Origin: Squalus acanthias
Taxonomy: Eukaryota
Reading direction: 5' to 3'
Length of the DNA: 64,000 nucleotides
Assembly (NCBI GenBank): GCA_030390025.1
Contig: CM059432.1
Span: forward strand, 33,048,001-33,112,000
A program made the translations under genes and the position numbers. A model generated the notes under the pieces. The model saw only the letters and a program-made list of their open reading frames with translations. It did no database searches and was not told the DNA's origin. Positions 24,970 through 37,817 of this stretch are shown here, in pieces (the first letter of the stretch is position 1; every line of letters begins with the position of its first letter).

Positions 24970-27900
24970 CATGATGTGGAGATGCCGGTATTGGACTGGG
25001 GTGGACAAATGTGAAAAGTCGCACAACACCAGGTTATAGTCCAACAGCTTTATTTGAAATCACAAGCTTTCGGAGCGCTGCTCCTTCATCAGGTGAAGTG
25101 AAGAGATGCATATAGGCACAGCATATATAGTCAGAACACTGCCAGATGATTACAGTTAATCTTTCTAACTGCCCTTTATCACACCTCGGCAGAGAGATAA
25201 TCACGGCAATCAAAGGTGTGGATGGTGTCCAAACAGGTCAGTCAGGAAAACATTACATCAAAGACAATGAGGTGAGGTCACAAGGGGTCAAATGTGGCAG
25301 ATGCTGGGGTCTGTATGGAAAACAAAAGACTTTTTTTGCTGGAAATCACAGCAGGTCCGGCCGCATCTGTGTAGAGAGAACAAGCCAACGACGACTCGAG
25401 TCTGGATGACTCTACGTCAGGTGGGGTTACATGTAGCGTGACATGAACCCAAGATCCCGGTTGAGGCCGTCCTCATGGGTGCGGAACTTGGCTATCAGTT
25501 TCTGCTCGGCGATTTTGCATTGTCGTGTGTCTCGAAGGCCGCCTTAGAGAACGCTTACCCGAAGATCGGAGGCTGAATGTCCTTGACTGCTGAAGTGTTC
25601 CCCGACTGGGAGGGAACACTCCTGCCTGGCGATTGTTGTGCGGTGTCCGTTCATACATTGTCGCAGTGTCTGCATGGTCTCGCCGATGTACCATGTTCTG
25701 GGGCATCCTTTCCTGCAACGTATGAGGTAGACAACGTTGGCCGAGTCACATGAGTATGTACCATGTACCTGGTGGGTGGTGTCCTCACGTGTGATGATGG
25801 TATCTGTGTTGATGATCTGGCATGTCTTGCAGAGGTTGCCGTGGCAGGGTTGTGTGGTGTTGTGGTCGCTGTTCTCCTGAAAGCTGGGTAATTTGTTGCG
25901 AACGATGGTCTGTTTGAAGGTGAGTAGTGGAGGCGTGGGGATGGCCTTAGCGAGGTGTTCGTCGTCATTGATGACATGTTGAAGGCTGTGAAGAACATGG
26001 CGTAGTTTCTCCGCTCCGGGGAAGTACTGGACGACGTAGGGTACTCTGTTGGTTGTGTCCCTTGTTTGTCTTCTGAGGAGGTCTATGCGATTTTTTGCTG
26101 TGGCCCGTCGGAACTGTCGATCGACGAGTCGAGCGTCATATCCCGTTCTTACGAGGGCGTCTTTCAGCGTCTGTAGGTGTCCATCGCGTTCCTCCTCGTC
26201 TGAACAGATCCTGTGTATTCGCAGGGCTTGCCCATAGGGGATGGCTTCTTTAACGTGGTTAGGGTGGAAGCTGGAGAAGTGGAGCATCGTGAGGTTGTCC
26301 GTGGGCTTGCGCTAGAGTGAAGTGCTGAAGTGTCCGTCTTTGATGGAGATTCGTGTGTCCAAGAATGAAACCGATTCTGAGTAGTCCATGGTGAGTCTGA
26401 TGGTGGGATGGAACTTGTTGATATCGTGTAGTCTTTTCAGTGATTCTTCGTCGTGGGTCCATAGGAAGAAAATGTCGTCTATGTATCTGGTGTATAGCGT
26501 TGGTTGGAGGTCCTTTGCAGTGAAGAAGTCTTGCTCGAACTTGTGCATGAAGATGTTGGCGTATTGGGGTGCGAATTTGGTCCCCATGGCTGTTCCGTGT
26601 GTTTGGGTAAAAAACTGGTTGTCGAAGGTGAAGACATTGTGGTCAAGGATGAAGCGGATGAGTTGTAGGATGGCGTCTGGAGATTGACTGTTGTTGGTGT
26701 TGAGTACTGAGGCTGTCGCAGCGATGCCGTCATCGTGGGGGATACTGGTGTAGAGTGCCGAGACGTCCATCGTGGCGAAGAGTGTTCCTGGTTCAACTGG
26801 CCTGTGGGTGCGGAGTTTCTGTAAGAAGTCTGTAGTGTCGCGACAGAAGCTGGGGGTTCCCTGTACGATGGGTTTCAGGATGCCGTCGACGTATCCAGCG
26901 AGGTTCTCACACAGGGTTCCGTTGCCTGATACGATAGGATGTCCGGGTGTGTTGGCTTTGTGTATCTTTGGGAGGCAGTAGAAGTACGTGGGGTGAGCGC
27001 GCGTAGGATGCTTTGAAGGTCTGGATCGAAGGTCTTGATCAGTCTATTGAGTTGGCGGGTGTGTTCTTTGGTCGGATCTGCGGGTAACTGTCTGTAGTGT
27101 TCCTGGTTGTCCAGTTGTCAGTGTGCTTCTTTGCAATAGTCCATTCTGTTCTGTATGACGATGGCTCCCCCTTTGTCTGCTGGTTTGATGACGATGTTGC
27201 GGTTGGTCTTGAGAGCGTGGATGGCGTTGCGTTGTGCTCGGGTGACATTCTGGACTGTCTTGTGAGTGCGGCCGATGAATCTGGCGTTGATGCATCTCCT
27301 GACAGCTTGAACATACATGTCAAGCTTAGGGCATCAACCCTCCGGAGGGGTCCAATTTGACTCTTTCTTCTTCGGTTGCTGCACTGCGGGTCCCTCTGTC
27401 TGCTGTTCCGGATCATTGATTGTCTCATTGGGTTCGCTGCTGACATGTTGGGATTTGTGGAAGAATTCCCGGAGCCTCATTCTCCTGATGAATTCCTCTG
27501 TCTGCCGCGAGACCAATGGGGTCCATTTTGGTGGTGGGGTAGAAATTGAGCTCTCGGCTGAGAACTTCGATTTCATCTGGTTGAAGGGTGTGGTCGGACA
27601 AGTTGACGATGGACTTCCCTGTGGTTGCAACCGTGGTACCGGTGGAGGCTTGGTTGCTGCTGGTGGTGATGCCGAGTTTCTCAAACTTCCTGTTCTTGGT
27701 GTGCATGTTGGCAGCATAGTTCCGTTGCCTCGTCTGTTTGGCGGTGTCTCGTAGCTGGTCTGTGTCCTGAGCACAGGCTGAGTACATGGACTCTATCTTG
27801 GTTTCGAGGTCGCGGCGTCTGCTGTAGAGCTGGTGTACGAGATGGTTGAGGGGTGTGCGAGAGGTACGACGGCAAAGTCTCTCCGTGTAGTCTGTGTTGT

Positions 27901-28003
27901 ATGTCGACTTGAGTGGGTTCGTGATCTGTAGTCCTTTCGGGATCTTGTCTGCTTTCTTGCATCTCTGTAGAAACTTGATGTCTGTGTCGATATGCGCGAT
28001 CTT
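24970..28003 (-). mobile_element. Penelope-like retroelement (RT + GIY-YIG), frameshifted
   Basis: 8-bp TSD CAAGGATC at 24962-24969 and 28004-28011; IKPADKGG, MDVSALYTSIP, GTAMG, YTRYIDDIF, NVVYLIRC..WYIGET motifs; terminal pLTR segment ending at CATCATG. Confidence 0.93.
25060..25096 (-). ncRNA. Minimal type I hammerhead ribozyme in the Penelope terminal repeat
   Basis: Minus strand reads TCAC-CTGATGA-AGGAGC-AGC-GCTCC-GAAA-GC-TT-GTGA: intact core, stem II GGAGC/GCTCC, stem I TCAC/GTGA, palindromic AAGCTT minimal stem III. Confidence 0.85.
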
Positions 28004-31000
28004 CAAGGATCGAGCAAGTGTCACGGCGCGTGTGGTTGGATTAGCTAATCTGGCAGGCTTTCCAAGGGTGCAGGGCGTCGTTGACTGCACACGTGGCCCT
28101 TAAGGCACCCCATCGCAATCCAGGTATTTTTGTCAACCGCAAGGGCTTCTACTCCCTCAACGTTCAGCTGGTGTGTGACCACAAGAAGGAAGTTTTGCAT
28201 GTTTGTGCCAAGTACCCTGGCAGTTGCCATGACTCCTTCATCCTGCGCCAGTCTAGTGTGCCTCCGCTATTCAGTCCGCCAGACCAACTTCACGGATGGC
28301 TACTTGGAGACAAGGGCTATCCCCTGAAGACTTAGCTAATGACACCGTTGAGGAGCCCATCCAACGCAGCTGAGGAGAGCTACTACTCCAGCCACATTTC
28401 CACCAGAGCCATAATCGAGCAAACCATCGGTATGCTGAAGATGCGCTTCAGATGCCTGGATGGATCAGGTGGAGCCCTGCAATACTCAGCAGCCAGGGTC
28501 TCCAGAATCGTCGTGGTTTGCTGTGCACTTCACAACATGGCACAGCGTCGTGGCTTACAGATGCTGGAGGACCAAGTGGCTCCTCACATAGCCTCCTCAG
28601 ATGAGGAGGAGGAGGAAGTGAGAGAGAACGAACAACTTGCAGAGGCCATCAACCAGCGGCAGCATTACGTGAGACCATAGCTGCCCGGAATGCAAGGGAC
28701 GCACTCATCTTGGCCAGATTTGCTTAGCCTAGACAATCAAGCACTTTTGCCTCGCAGCTTCTTACCAGAGCTACGACAATGGCCCAGACCCAGTGGATCC
28801 CTAACAATGTGACCACCATATTGACAATTGCAAGTTATCCTCAGGCCTCATTGTGGAAGTCCCATTAGCGAAATGACAGACACCACAACTGCAGCTGTAG
28901 CCATCAGAGTTTTTATTTACACTTTACATCTGATGCTTTTTTACATTAAACATCAAATTTCACCCAAGTGACTACCCTTGTGACTATTTGTGCAGTATCT
29001 TTCTCTTACGCATGCTCCTACATGGTGCTTCCCCTGTGGCTTCAGCAGAGGTGGCGGCCCCCTGCTCAGCTTGTTGCTGCTCCTGTCTCGACACCTTTGC
29101 GGGCGTCCTCTGGGGTTGCGAACCTACGAGGGCTCGGCAACAGTCTGCTGCTCCTGCAGCTGGGCAGGGGTTGAGACGCCGATCTCAGTTGGGTACGGAC
29201 TCTGGTGGGGCTCTGACCGAGGACTTGTCAGTGGCATAGTCGTGTGAGCGCTTGGAGAGGAGCCCCCACCACCTTGTTGTCTGCCACCAACATCCCTCTC
29301 ATGGGCCAGGTCCACCTCAGCGCTTGCAAGTGGATTGAGAGCACCTTGCTGCACATCAGGGGGGCCATGGGGACCCGTATCTGCACTGGCAGTCCTACTC
29401 AGAAGGACTTCCATGAAGGTCTGGTTTCTCTGTTCAATAGATGTCCATTGCTCCTCCAGAGTTGTCATTCTATTCAGAACACTCACCATGTTTTCAGCAC
29501 TCTGGCGACTTATCACCTCCATGGAGGTTGCCATCCTTTCCATGGTGATGCGTTCATGCGCCAATGACTCCACAAAGGCTCTGCTCATGTTCGCTATGGA
29601 CTCCTCCATTCGCTCCACACTCGCAGCGACCCTGGAGACAAAACCTGTCAGACTCCTGCATCTGTTCCTGGAGTCCCAGCACCACTGATCTTATGGATGG
29701 CCCCAGATGCAGAGGGTCAACATGCAGCTGAGCCGAGCTAGGAGAGTCCTGCGCCCTCCGACTAGGACTCTCCACTGCTGTCCCTGTCTCCACCATCTGC
29801 TGATGCTCACTTGTGAGCTGTGATACACCAGGTGACAACACTACTCTATGTCCTAAGGCTCCCACCGGGGTGTGAGTCTCGGTGCTGGGTGCGCTGAATT
29901 CTGCTGACGCTGCGCCCTCAGAGGTTGCAGCTTCCTCTGAGGAGTCTGGATGCTCAGGCTGGTCTTCCTGGCTAGTGGGGACGGGTGCTTGCGATGGTCC
30001 TGTGGGGGAGTAAAGGAAAGAGTCAGAGATGTGATGCCAAGGTTTCTTGCATATTGCAGATGATCATAAATTCATCTGTTAGAGCTTCAGATTCATTATC
30101 AGCGACTCATGCAATGTCAATGAGAGAGATGGAACACTATTCTGTCACCAGCTTGCTGTGATGCACCTGTCTGTCCGTCCCCCACTTGTGTATCGTCCTC
30201 CAGTCCCACGATCTCCAGGACCGCATCCTCCCAGGGGGTGAGCTGGGCTGATGAAGGTGGCCCTCCTCCTGTCCTGGCTTTTTCCCTTTTATTGTGAGCT
30301 CTCTTTTCCTGCAATGAGGGAGACAAGTGGAGTTTGAGTGAGATTGAAGGAGTGAGTGTAGAGAGTCCATAGCATAGATGCTTAGGAGACAAAGATGGAG
30401 TGAGGTGGCAAGACCAAGGGTCCCTCCCTGTGTGTTGTAAGTTGTTTTCATAGCATGACAGCGATAGGGAGTGTGAGGGCTGCATAGTCGAATAGTAAGG
30501 TGAATGTGACCATAGAGGGAGAGGGAATGGGTAAGGGTGCATATATGTCAGTGTCAAGTGGGATCTGGAGGAAGAGGTTTCTAAAGCTGAGTGCTGGTGA
30601 GGAGAGGCAATGGGGATCAGATTGAAGGTGAAGGGAAAGTCATACTCACTTTTGCAGTGCGTAGAAGGTCATGAAACCTCTTCCTGCACTGGAGCCAGGT
30701 TCTGCGGGTGATGGATAAGGAGTTGACCTCCTGGGCAACCTGGACCCACACAGTCTTGGTCTGCTGGGGAGGCTTCTTCCTCCCTGAGGAAGGGAAGAGC
30801 ACCTCTCTGTTGGCTCTTGCTCCCTCCACTAAAGCTTGCAGGGCAACGTCATCGAACCTGGGAGCAGACCTGGGTCTTTGGCTGGCCATTCCTCCTGCAG
30901 TTGCCTCTAAGATACAAGCCCAGAAGCTTGGCAGTCTGCAGAAGAAGCAAGGCTTGTTGCAGACCTTAAATGCAGCAGCAATGATGACTTCATCGGAGGC

Positions 31001-31171
31001 GACTTTCAGACTGGAATAACTCATTGGCCATGGGTTCCCACACGTTAGAACTCAATTGGCCAATTAAGTTAAAATCGCATCACTCTCCCACATCGATCTA
31101 GATTTGGGTGGGCAACACGAAAAGCGGATCTCACGACCCCAACCTGCCCCAGTATCAAAATCCAGCCCATA

Positions 31172-31327
31172 GAGTTATACAGCACAGAACGAGGCCCTTC
31201 GCCCCATCGTGTCCGCACCGGCCATCAAGCCCTGTCTATTCTAATCTAATTTTCCAGCACTTGGTCCGTGGCCTTGTATGCTATGGCGTTTCAAGTGCTC
31301 ATCTAAATGCTTCTTGAATGTTGTGAT
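31172..31327 (-). mobile_element. Short CR1 3' fragment
   Basis: GAGTTATACAGCACAGAA..GGCCCTTCG and CCAGCACTTGGTCC match the CR1 3' ends seen elsewhere in the window. Confidence 0.65.
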
Positions 31328-31424
31328 GAGAGATTGTGCAGAAGTGAGAAATATGCCAGATGTGTTCCAATCATTGGCATAGTAAAATTAATGCTTTTTT
31401 CTCAAAGTGCTGTCTGCTGCAGGA

Positions 31425-31655
31425 ATGGGAGCCCCCAAATCTAAGGCTGTAGCCAGGTTCAATGAGGGCTCCCTCCATGCTCTTGTGGAGGGAGTTAGAG
31501 GACATCAGGAGCTCCTCTACCCTGGAAATGGAAGGAGGAGGCCTCCTCAGCAAACCAAGGCAGCTTGGCTGCAAATTGCTGAGGTGAGTTCGAGGTGTGC
31601 AGACGCACATGGGTTCAGTGTCGAAAAAGGTTTAATGATCTGCTGAGATCACCTA
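31425..31655 (+). pseudogene. Isolated Harbinger Myb/SANT exon 1 relic
   Basis: MGAPKSKAVARFNEGSLHALVEGVRGHQELLYPGNGRRRPPQQTKAAWLQIAE..TWVQCRKRFNDLLR with a frameshift. Confidence 0.75.
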
Positions 31656-31829
31656 AAAGTGTGGCCTCTGTTCTGAGAAATGGAAGTTCAAGAGTGAGTT
31701 CTCAGAGCGAATGCCATGTAGAATGTTGGTGGTGACACTGAGCGCAAACCACCATTTATTAGACAGATGATGCCTGGGGTTTTGAGACATATATTTATCT
31801 CCATGTGCCAGCCACCTGTGTTGAAGTGT

Positions 31830-31995
31830 AAGCTTACGCGAATCTGGCATGGATGAGTGCATCCCTTGCTTGACGGCCAGCAATGTGGTTGCCTGCTGCT
31901 GGATTGGCCACATCCGGCGTCGCACCTCGTCCTCCGAGGAGGCTGTGTGCTGCGCCACTTGTTCATCCGGCAGCACTAAGCTGCGCTGCTGTGCG
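31830..31995 (-). pseudogene. Harbinger transposase C-terminal relic
   Basis: LAQQRSLVLPDEQVAQHTASSEDE..LIHARFA resembles the C-termini of the family B and C transposases. Confidence 0.55.
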
Positions 31996-32019
31996 AGTTA
32001 CATAATATTTCTGTTCTTC

Positions 32020-32997
32020 AGATGCGTTTTCAAATGACTGTTTTTAAAAACAATAAAAAATATTCAGTAAAGAGGCAATCGGCTGACTGTGACATGTTAA
32101 AGGAGGACCTTCAAACACGCTCGAAGACCCGCACTGCCTTGTCAGTGAACATGAAGGTAACCACAGCATTGAACTTCTTTGCAAGTGGGTCATTTCAGGC
32201 AGGCACCGGTGACATTTCAAACATCTCCCAGAGTGCTGCGTTGGCCTGCATTCACGAGGTCACAGATGCCATTTTCCGTAGGGCTTCAGAGTTCATAGAC
32301 TTTGACTCCACTCGCTATTAAAAGGAGAGGACCCTTGCATTTTATAGCATTGCTGGATTCCCCAAAGTGATTGGGGCTGTCGCTGGAACCCATGTTGCAT
32401 TGGATGCACCTGTGACATACATCAACAGGAAGGGGTTTCATTCATTGAATGTCATGATAGTCTGTGATGCGCACCTCAGGATCCTAAACATGAATGCAGA
32501 TCACTGGGGAAGTGCTGATGACTCCTTCGTCCTCCGTAACTCGGACTTATATGGCACCCTCAGCACATTTCCCTCCAGGATCCGCAAGGATATTGGGCGA
32601 CGAGGGCTACCTGGTAAGACCATGGCTGATGACTCCCTACCGCAGGACCAATAATGAGGCTCAGGAGAGATACAACCAGGCACACGTGTCCACACGGCAA
32701 GTGGTGGAGAGGACAATCGAGGTTCTGAAATCATGCTTCCGGTGCCTGGACAGGTCAGGGGGGACCTTGCAGTATTCTCCTCTGAAAGTGTCAAGGATTG
32801 TGGTGGCTTGTTGTGCTTTGCATAACTTTGCCCTGCGGGAAGGACTGACCCTTAACCCTGCAGAGGAGCTCCCTGCTGAAATGGAGGACATGGACGATGC
32901 CAATGTGCCTGTGGCCAGGCCTGATGGGGAGGAGCCAAGTGTTGCCGAAAGTAAGGCTGCTCGGGAACTGCTAGTAGCCAACACCTTCACGAGGTGA
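32020..32997 (+). pseudogene. Harbinger transposase, family D (stop and frameshifts)
   Basis: [71 protein letters not shown]. Confidence 0.85.
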
Positions 32998-33621
32998 TGA
33001 TAGTGTCGCCTTGTACCTCCCCCTCCCCCAGCAAGGCAAAGAAAGGAACGCACATTTTAAAGTGAAACAGTGAACTTTTATTGCAGCATCAAAGACTTTT
33101 GAGGCTCAGTTTTGAAGTTCTTGGTTTTTAAGTTTTAAATGTTAACTACCTATTTTCTACTTTGCAAACATTCGCAAAGATAATTTTTTTGAATAAAATT
33201 TACAAACAGTTTAAAGTGACTTTTTTCATTTCTTGGTGCAATAAAGACATTCAAGATGGAAACTAGGGGGTAGAAATTAGGTCGCGCCCCATTTGGGGCG
33301 CAAATATCGTCCGAGCGCAAATATTAGCGCCTGGCGCTAATTATCGGCACTGACAGGAAACTTCACTTTTACCGCCCCGGGAGGTGAGTGGAGCGCTAAA
33401 GCAGGCGCTGCACACCTCTCTTGGCGCAAAGGCCTAGGAGTGAGGCGCTACCTCAGCGCGCGAGCGCAGCGCAGCTGCTGCCAGTTAGCGAGGGAACACA
33501 GACACACTGGCGCCGGACACTTCTTAAAGCGGGGGGGGCCACTTGCTCCCCAGCCACACCCTGCTCATTGCAGCCTTGAATCTCAGCCTGGAGAGACCTG
33601 TAATCCATTTTGCTGCCAAGC

Positions 33622-35552
33622 ATGGAGAGGGTGAGAGAACGCGCTCATCGCTTCACCGAGCGGGCCTTGGATGCTCTGGTTGACGCAGTGGAGCGCAGAC
33701 GATGCATGCTGTTCCCGGAGAGTGGCAGGAGGCCTTTGCCACGCGAGTTCAGAAGAGTGTGGAGGGAGGTGGCTCAGAGCGTCTCCTCCAGGAGCATGGT
33801 GCCCAGGACCCATGTTCAGTGCCGCAAAAAATTCAACGACCTCACTCGGGTCGTCAGGGTGAGTGGCTTTTTCTCAATACCTCTCCATCCCTCCATCTCA
33901 ACCTCACTCTATGGCCAGAGGGTCTTACAACCCCAATGCACAACACTCATGCAACACCTATGGCCCTTTCATCAAACACACACACACATTCCACACTTTG
34001 CATACAGTAAGGGCTATTCACCTATGGGAGGCACATCAGGCAAGACCATGGCTGCATATTGTAAGGGCTATTCACCTATGGGAGGCACATCAGGCAAGAC
34101 CATGGCTGCATATTGTAAGGGCTATTCACCTATGGGAGGCACATCAGGCAAGACCATGGCTGCATATTGTAAGGGCTATTCACCTATGGGAGGCACATCA
34201 GGCAAGACCATGGCTGTATATTTACTCAGATGCTGTCCTTTTTCTTGTAGGCTAAGCTGGCTCATAATCGGAGACAGCAGCAACGGACGGGTGCAGGGCG
34301 GCTTCAGCTGCAACCCCTCAGCGATCTGGAGGAGCGCGTCCACAGGATTGTGGCAAGCCGGGTGATCGGTCCCGTCGCCACTGGGGACGCCGACCCCGTT
34401 CTGGACAGCAATGGTAAGGTCATCACCTTTTTGTCCTCTGTCCTTCCACTTGTCCCTCACAATACCAGCCTTTGACACTTTCAATCCAACTTGCTAACTC
34501 GCTGCACTTATTCCTCCCTTACTGCCACCCTGTCCTCACGCTAAAGCCACTCTTGTACCTCCCTGCTTTCAGATGGTGATTCACCAGCTGAGGAGACGGG
34601 CCCTGAAGCTGCCACTGGGAGTGATGCTGCAGCTGAGGAGGAAGAGGAAGCCAGAGCATCAGTGCCACCCTCTCCCGAGGAAGCCCATGGCCACACTGGG
34701 AACATGCCTTCCCCGGAGGGGAGCAGGGGGGAAGGGGCTGATGATGGTGAAGCTCCAGGACCCAGCGGGCTGCAGCAACACCATGGGGGGGGGAGGGAAG
34801 AACGGGAGCCTTCTCCCCAGAGGGAGAGTATGCCAGACACTCCTACTGCAATGGACGCAGAGGAGGAGCGGCTGATTGCAGAAATGAACAGCCAGGCGGT
34901 GGGCATGCACACTGAGCTCATGGGTGCAGTGGGAAGGGTGCCCGAATGCATTGAGGCACTGGCAAGGAGTGTGGAGCACTTCGCTGTAGCACAGGCGGAT
35001 GCCACACTAAAGCTTAGTGCTGCAATTCAGTCACTGGCTGCCAGGAACCCATCTGAGACTGCTCTCATGCAGACTCAGATTGAGGCCACGCGAGCACTGA
35101 CTGCTGCCATCCTCGATGGTTCGTGCACATGTCCCCGGGGCTGTCACCGCGCCGCAGCAGGCCAGCAATCTGTTCTCCAGCAAATTGCTCCGGATGCTGA
35201 AGTGCTGCCCCGTGGGAGTGCCAGTGTGTCGGGCGAGCAGGGAGTTGCTGTCCTCTCTCACGATGACAGCATTCCTGCTGCCAACACTGTCACTTCTCCA
35301 CTGCACTTGCCACCGCCTGTAGGACAGACTGCTGCCGCCCATGCAGAGTTGGTGCAGTCTGCAGCCGGGCCCTCCAGGCCCAGAACTGGTCGAGGCCGTC
35401 CTTCAGGGGCATCTGCAGTGTCAGGGTCTGACGAGCAGCAGCCTTCCACCAGCCTTGCTGCAGCCACTGAGGTCCCATTACGGAGGAGCAGTAGGGTTAG
35501 AAGGGGGGAAGTGCACAAGGGAAGGAGATCACCCTCGAAGGGCAAAAAGTAG
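33622..35552 (+). CDS. Intact three-exon Myb/SANT-like Harbinger protein (459 aa): exons 33622-33858, 34251-34413, 34573-35552
   Basis: GT-AG introns with compatible phases (0 and 1) give one open frame of 1380 nt; Myb/trihelix RFTERALDALV..W.EVA..QCRKKFNDL, then RTGAG motif, acidic, coiled-coil and basic tail. Confidence 0.85.
34007..34220. repeat. 54-bp tandem repeat x4 in Myb intron 1 (x2 in copies 1 and 3)
   Basis: Unit GTAAGGGCTATTCACCTATGGGAGGCACATCAGGCAAGACCATGGCTGCATATT at 34007, 34061, 34115 and 34169. Confidence 0.95.
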
Positions 35553-35846
35553 GAGGTGTGCCAAAATGCTGGTCATTTTTTTATTAAAGGCCGAGGTTCA
35601 TGGCCCAACTTTTGTTTAGTGTTTTGGACATTATCTCCAGGTTGTGAGAACCAGTTATGTTATTGACTGTTTTTTTGTGTTTATTTCTATGAGTTTGTCA
35701 GGAGGAATTGACACACACAGAGTTTGTAAAATAAATAAGTTTCTGTATTCAAAATATACATGGCTGGTGGTTGGAATTATTGGTGCCTTGGCCGGCTTAG
35801 GGGTTGCGTGCTGGGTTGATTCGTGTTTGTAGCAATGGCAGGGGCC

Positions 35847-37005
35847 CTAGAAGCGGCTTGCTATTAGTCGTTGACGGACGGCCCTTGCAGTTTGACCATT
35901 GTGGGCCGCCCTCCTGCATTGGTGCTGCTGATGATCATCGTCCTCGTCCTGTTCCTCCTCTTCCTCCTCCTCCTCTGGTGGTGCTACAAGGCCTGGTGGC
36001 ATTGGCTGGGTCCTGAGGATTGCCATGTTGTGCAACATGCAGCACACGACTACGAACTTCGAAACTTGCTCAGGCGAGTACTGCAGGGCTCCTCCGGAAT
36101 GGTCCAGACAGCGGAACCGTTGTTTCAGCACGCCGATTGTGCGCTCAATAATGTTCCTGGTTGCTTGATGGCTTTCCTGGTACCGCAGCTCAGCAGGGGT
36201 GTTTGGCGCACGGAGCGGTGTCATCAGCCAGGTGCTCAATGCGTACCCCTTGTCCCCCAGAAGCCAACCAACTGGCTGATGCGGTGCCTCAAAGTTCTGC
36301 CACAGTAGTCTGGCGCAGGATGAAAGCATCGTGGCAGCTGCCCGGATAGTGGGCATTGACAGCGAGAATCACCTGTCTGTGGTCACAGACCAACTGCACA
36401 TTCAAGGAATGGAACCCCTTTCTGTTCCTGAACTCCTCTGCATTCTCTCGCAGAGCACGCAAAGCCACATGCATGCAGTCAATGGCGCCCTGCACCATGG
36501 GGAAGCCCGCTACCCTCGCAAAGCCCATAGCACGGTCATGCTGCTTGTCTGGGGTCATAGGGAAAGAGATGAAGTCTCGTCTCCTTCTGAAGAGGGCATT
36601 GGTGACCTGCCGGATGCAGCGATGCACTGCAAACTGGGAGATATTGGCGAGGTCCCCAACAGCAGCTTGGAATGAGCCAGTGGCGTAGAAGTTCAAAGCC
36701 ACTGTGACCTTCACTGCCACCGACAGAGACGTCCTGGACCTCAGCTGAGGCTGCAGATCTGGCTGCAGCAGGTGGCAGAGCTCAGTGACCACCTCCTTGC
36801 TGAATCGCAGCCTTCGCAAACACAGCTCCTCGGACATATGGATGTAGGAGAGCTGTTCACGATATACCCTGGGAGGGTAAGCTCTCCTGTACATGCGCCT
36901 GATGGCCCTCCTCCGTCTGGCCATCATTGCCACTCTCTGTCTGCGTCTCACTATCCTCCGATTCAGCTGGAGCAGGACGACGCCCCCAATCATTGCAGCC
37001 CCCAT
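35847..37005 (-). pseudogene. HARBI1-like transposase, family A copy 2, single frameshift at about 36290
   Basis: ORF 36289..37005 (N-terminal half to TVAEL*) continues in ORF 35847..36356 ([26 protein letters not shown]). Confidence 0.9.
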
Positions 37006-37106
37006 ATTCTCTTTGCCAGAAAAGTAATGAGGTACAGCAACTAAAGTTGCAACAAAGTTAGGATGAACTAGGCCAAACTACCTCACAAAGCGTTGAGTCA
37101 ATGTAG

Positions 37107-37163
<57 letters not shown>

Positions 37164-37817
37164 AATCTCTCTCTCTCTCTCTCAGAACGAGTGGTGCATA
37201 AATGTCGACCACAGAAAAAGACAGGAAGAGGCCCCCTTTAAATAGCGCCCCCCCCAGCCCCACAGCGATTGATAACGTTCCAGTCTTCCGGTCGTTGGAA
37301 GCGCCAGGCGGTAAGGCAGGGGGCGCCACTCAATTTCCGCTCCGGGGCGCCCCAAGGGCGTTGCACCATGGAATGACGTCACAATCTGCGCGCGCAGGTG
37401 GTCGCAGCGGTAAGTTTTAGCGTCGCCGCACAATCTCAAGTTAAGTTCTCGAGCGGCGCAAACATCGCTGCGCCCGGGCGTTAGCGGCTTAACGCCCCAT
37501 TAGCGCCCTCTTAAGGCGCTAACGGGAGGCGCAACCAACTGAATTTTTACCCCTAGCTATTTTCTAATTTTCAAACCGTTGTAACGTTGAATTTTTTTGC
37601 AAATAAAGTTGAATTTTTTTTCAAAAAGTGACTCGAGGCTGTACTTTTTAAACGAAACGGTTGCATACACTTTCAGTCACAAATATATATTTCAATAAAA
37701 AAAGCAACGACAACATTTAACATTTAAATAAAATGAAACATTAAAGAATTGAACGATTTGCCCCCTCGCATCTGTGCCTGAGGGTCAAAGGCGGTGGATT
37801 GTGCAAATGGTGACATC

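Larger units (their letters stand above)
23957..31168. mobile_element. Harbinger family B copy with a nested Penelope
   Basis: TIRs GGGCTGGATTTT / AAAATCCAGCCC; TSD ATA at 23954-23956 and 31169-31171; transposase (+) at about 24464-24969 and 28012-28727 with stops; Myb gene (-) at about 28980-30889. Confidence 0.92.
33267..37553. mobile_element. Harbinger family A copy 2 (4287 bp, no nested insertions)
   Basis: TIRs GGGGTAGAAATT / AATTTTTACCCC; TSD TAG at 33264-33266 and 37554-37556; inserted between the two genes of the family D element. Confidence 0.94.

Noticed and set aside
34007..34220. Regularly spaced repeats resembling a CRISPR array
   Set aside because: Head-to-tail units with no unique spacers, no cas genes, and eukaryotic intron context.
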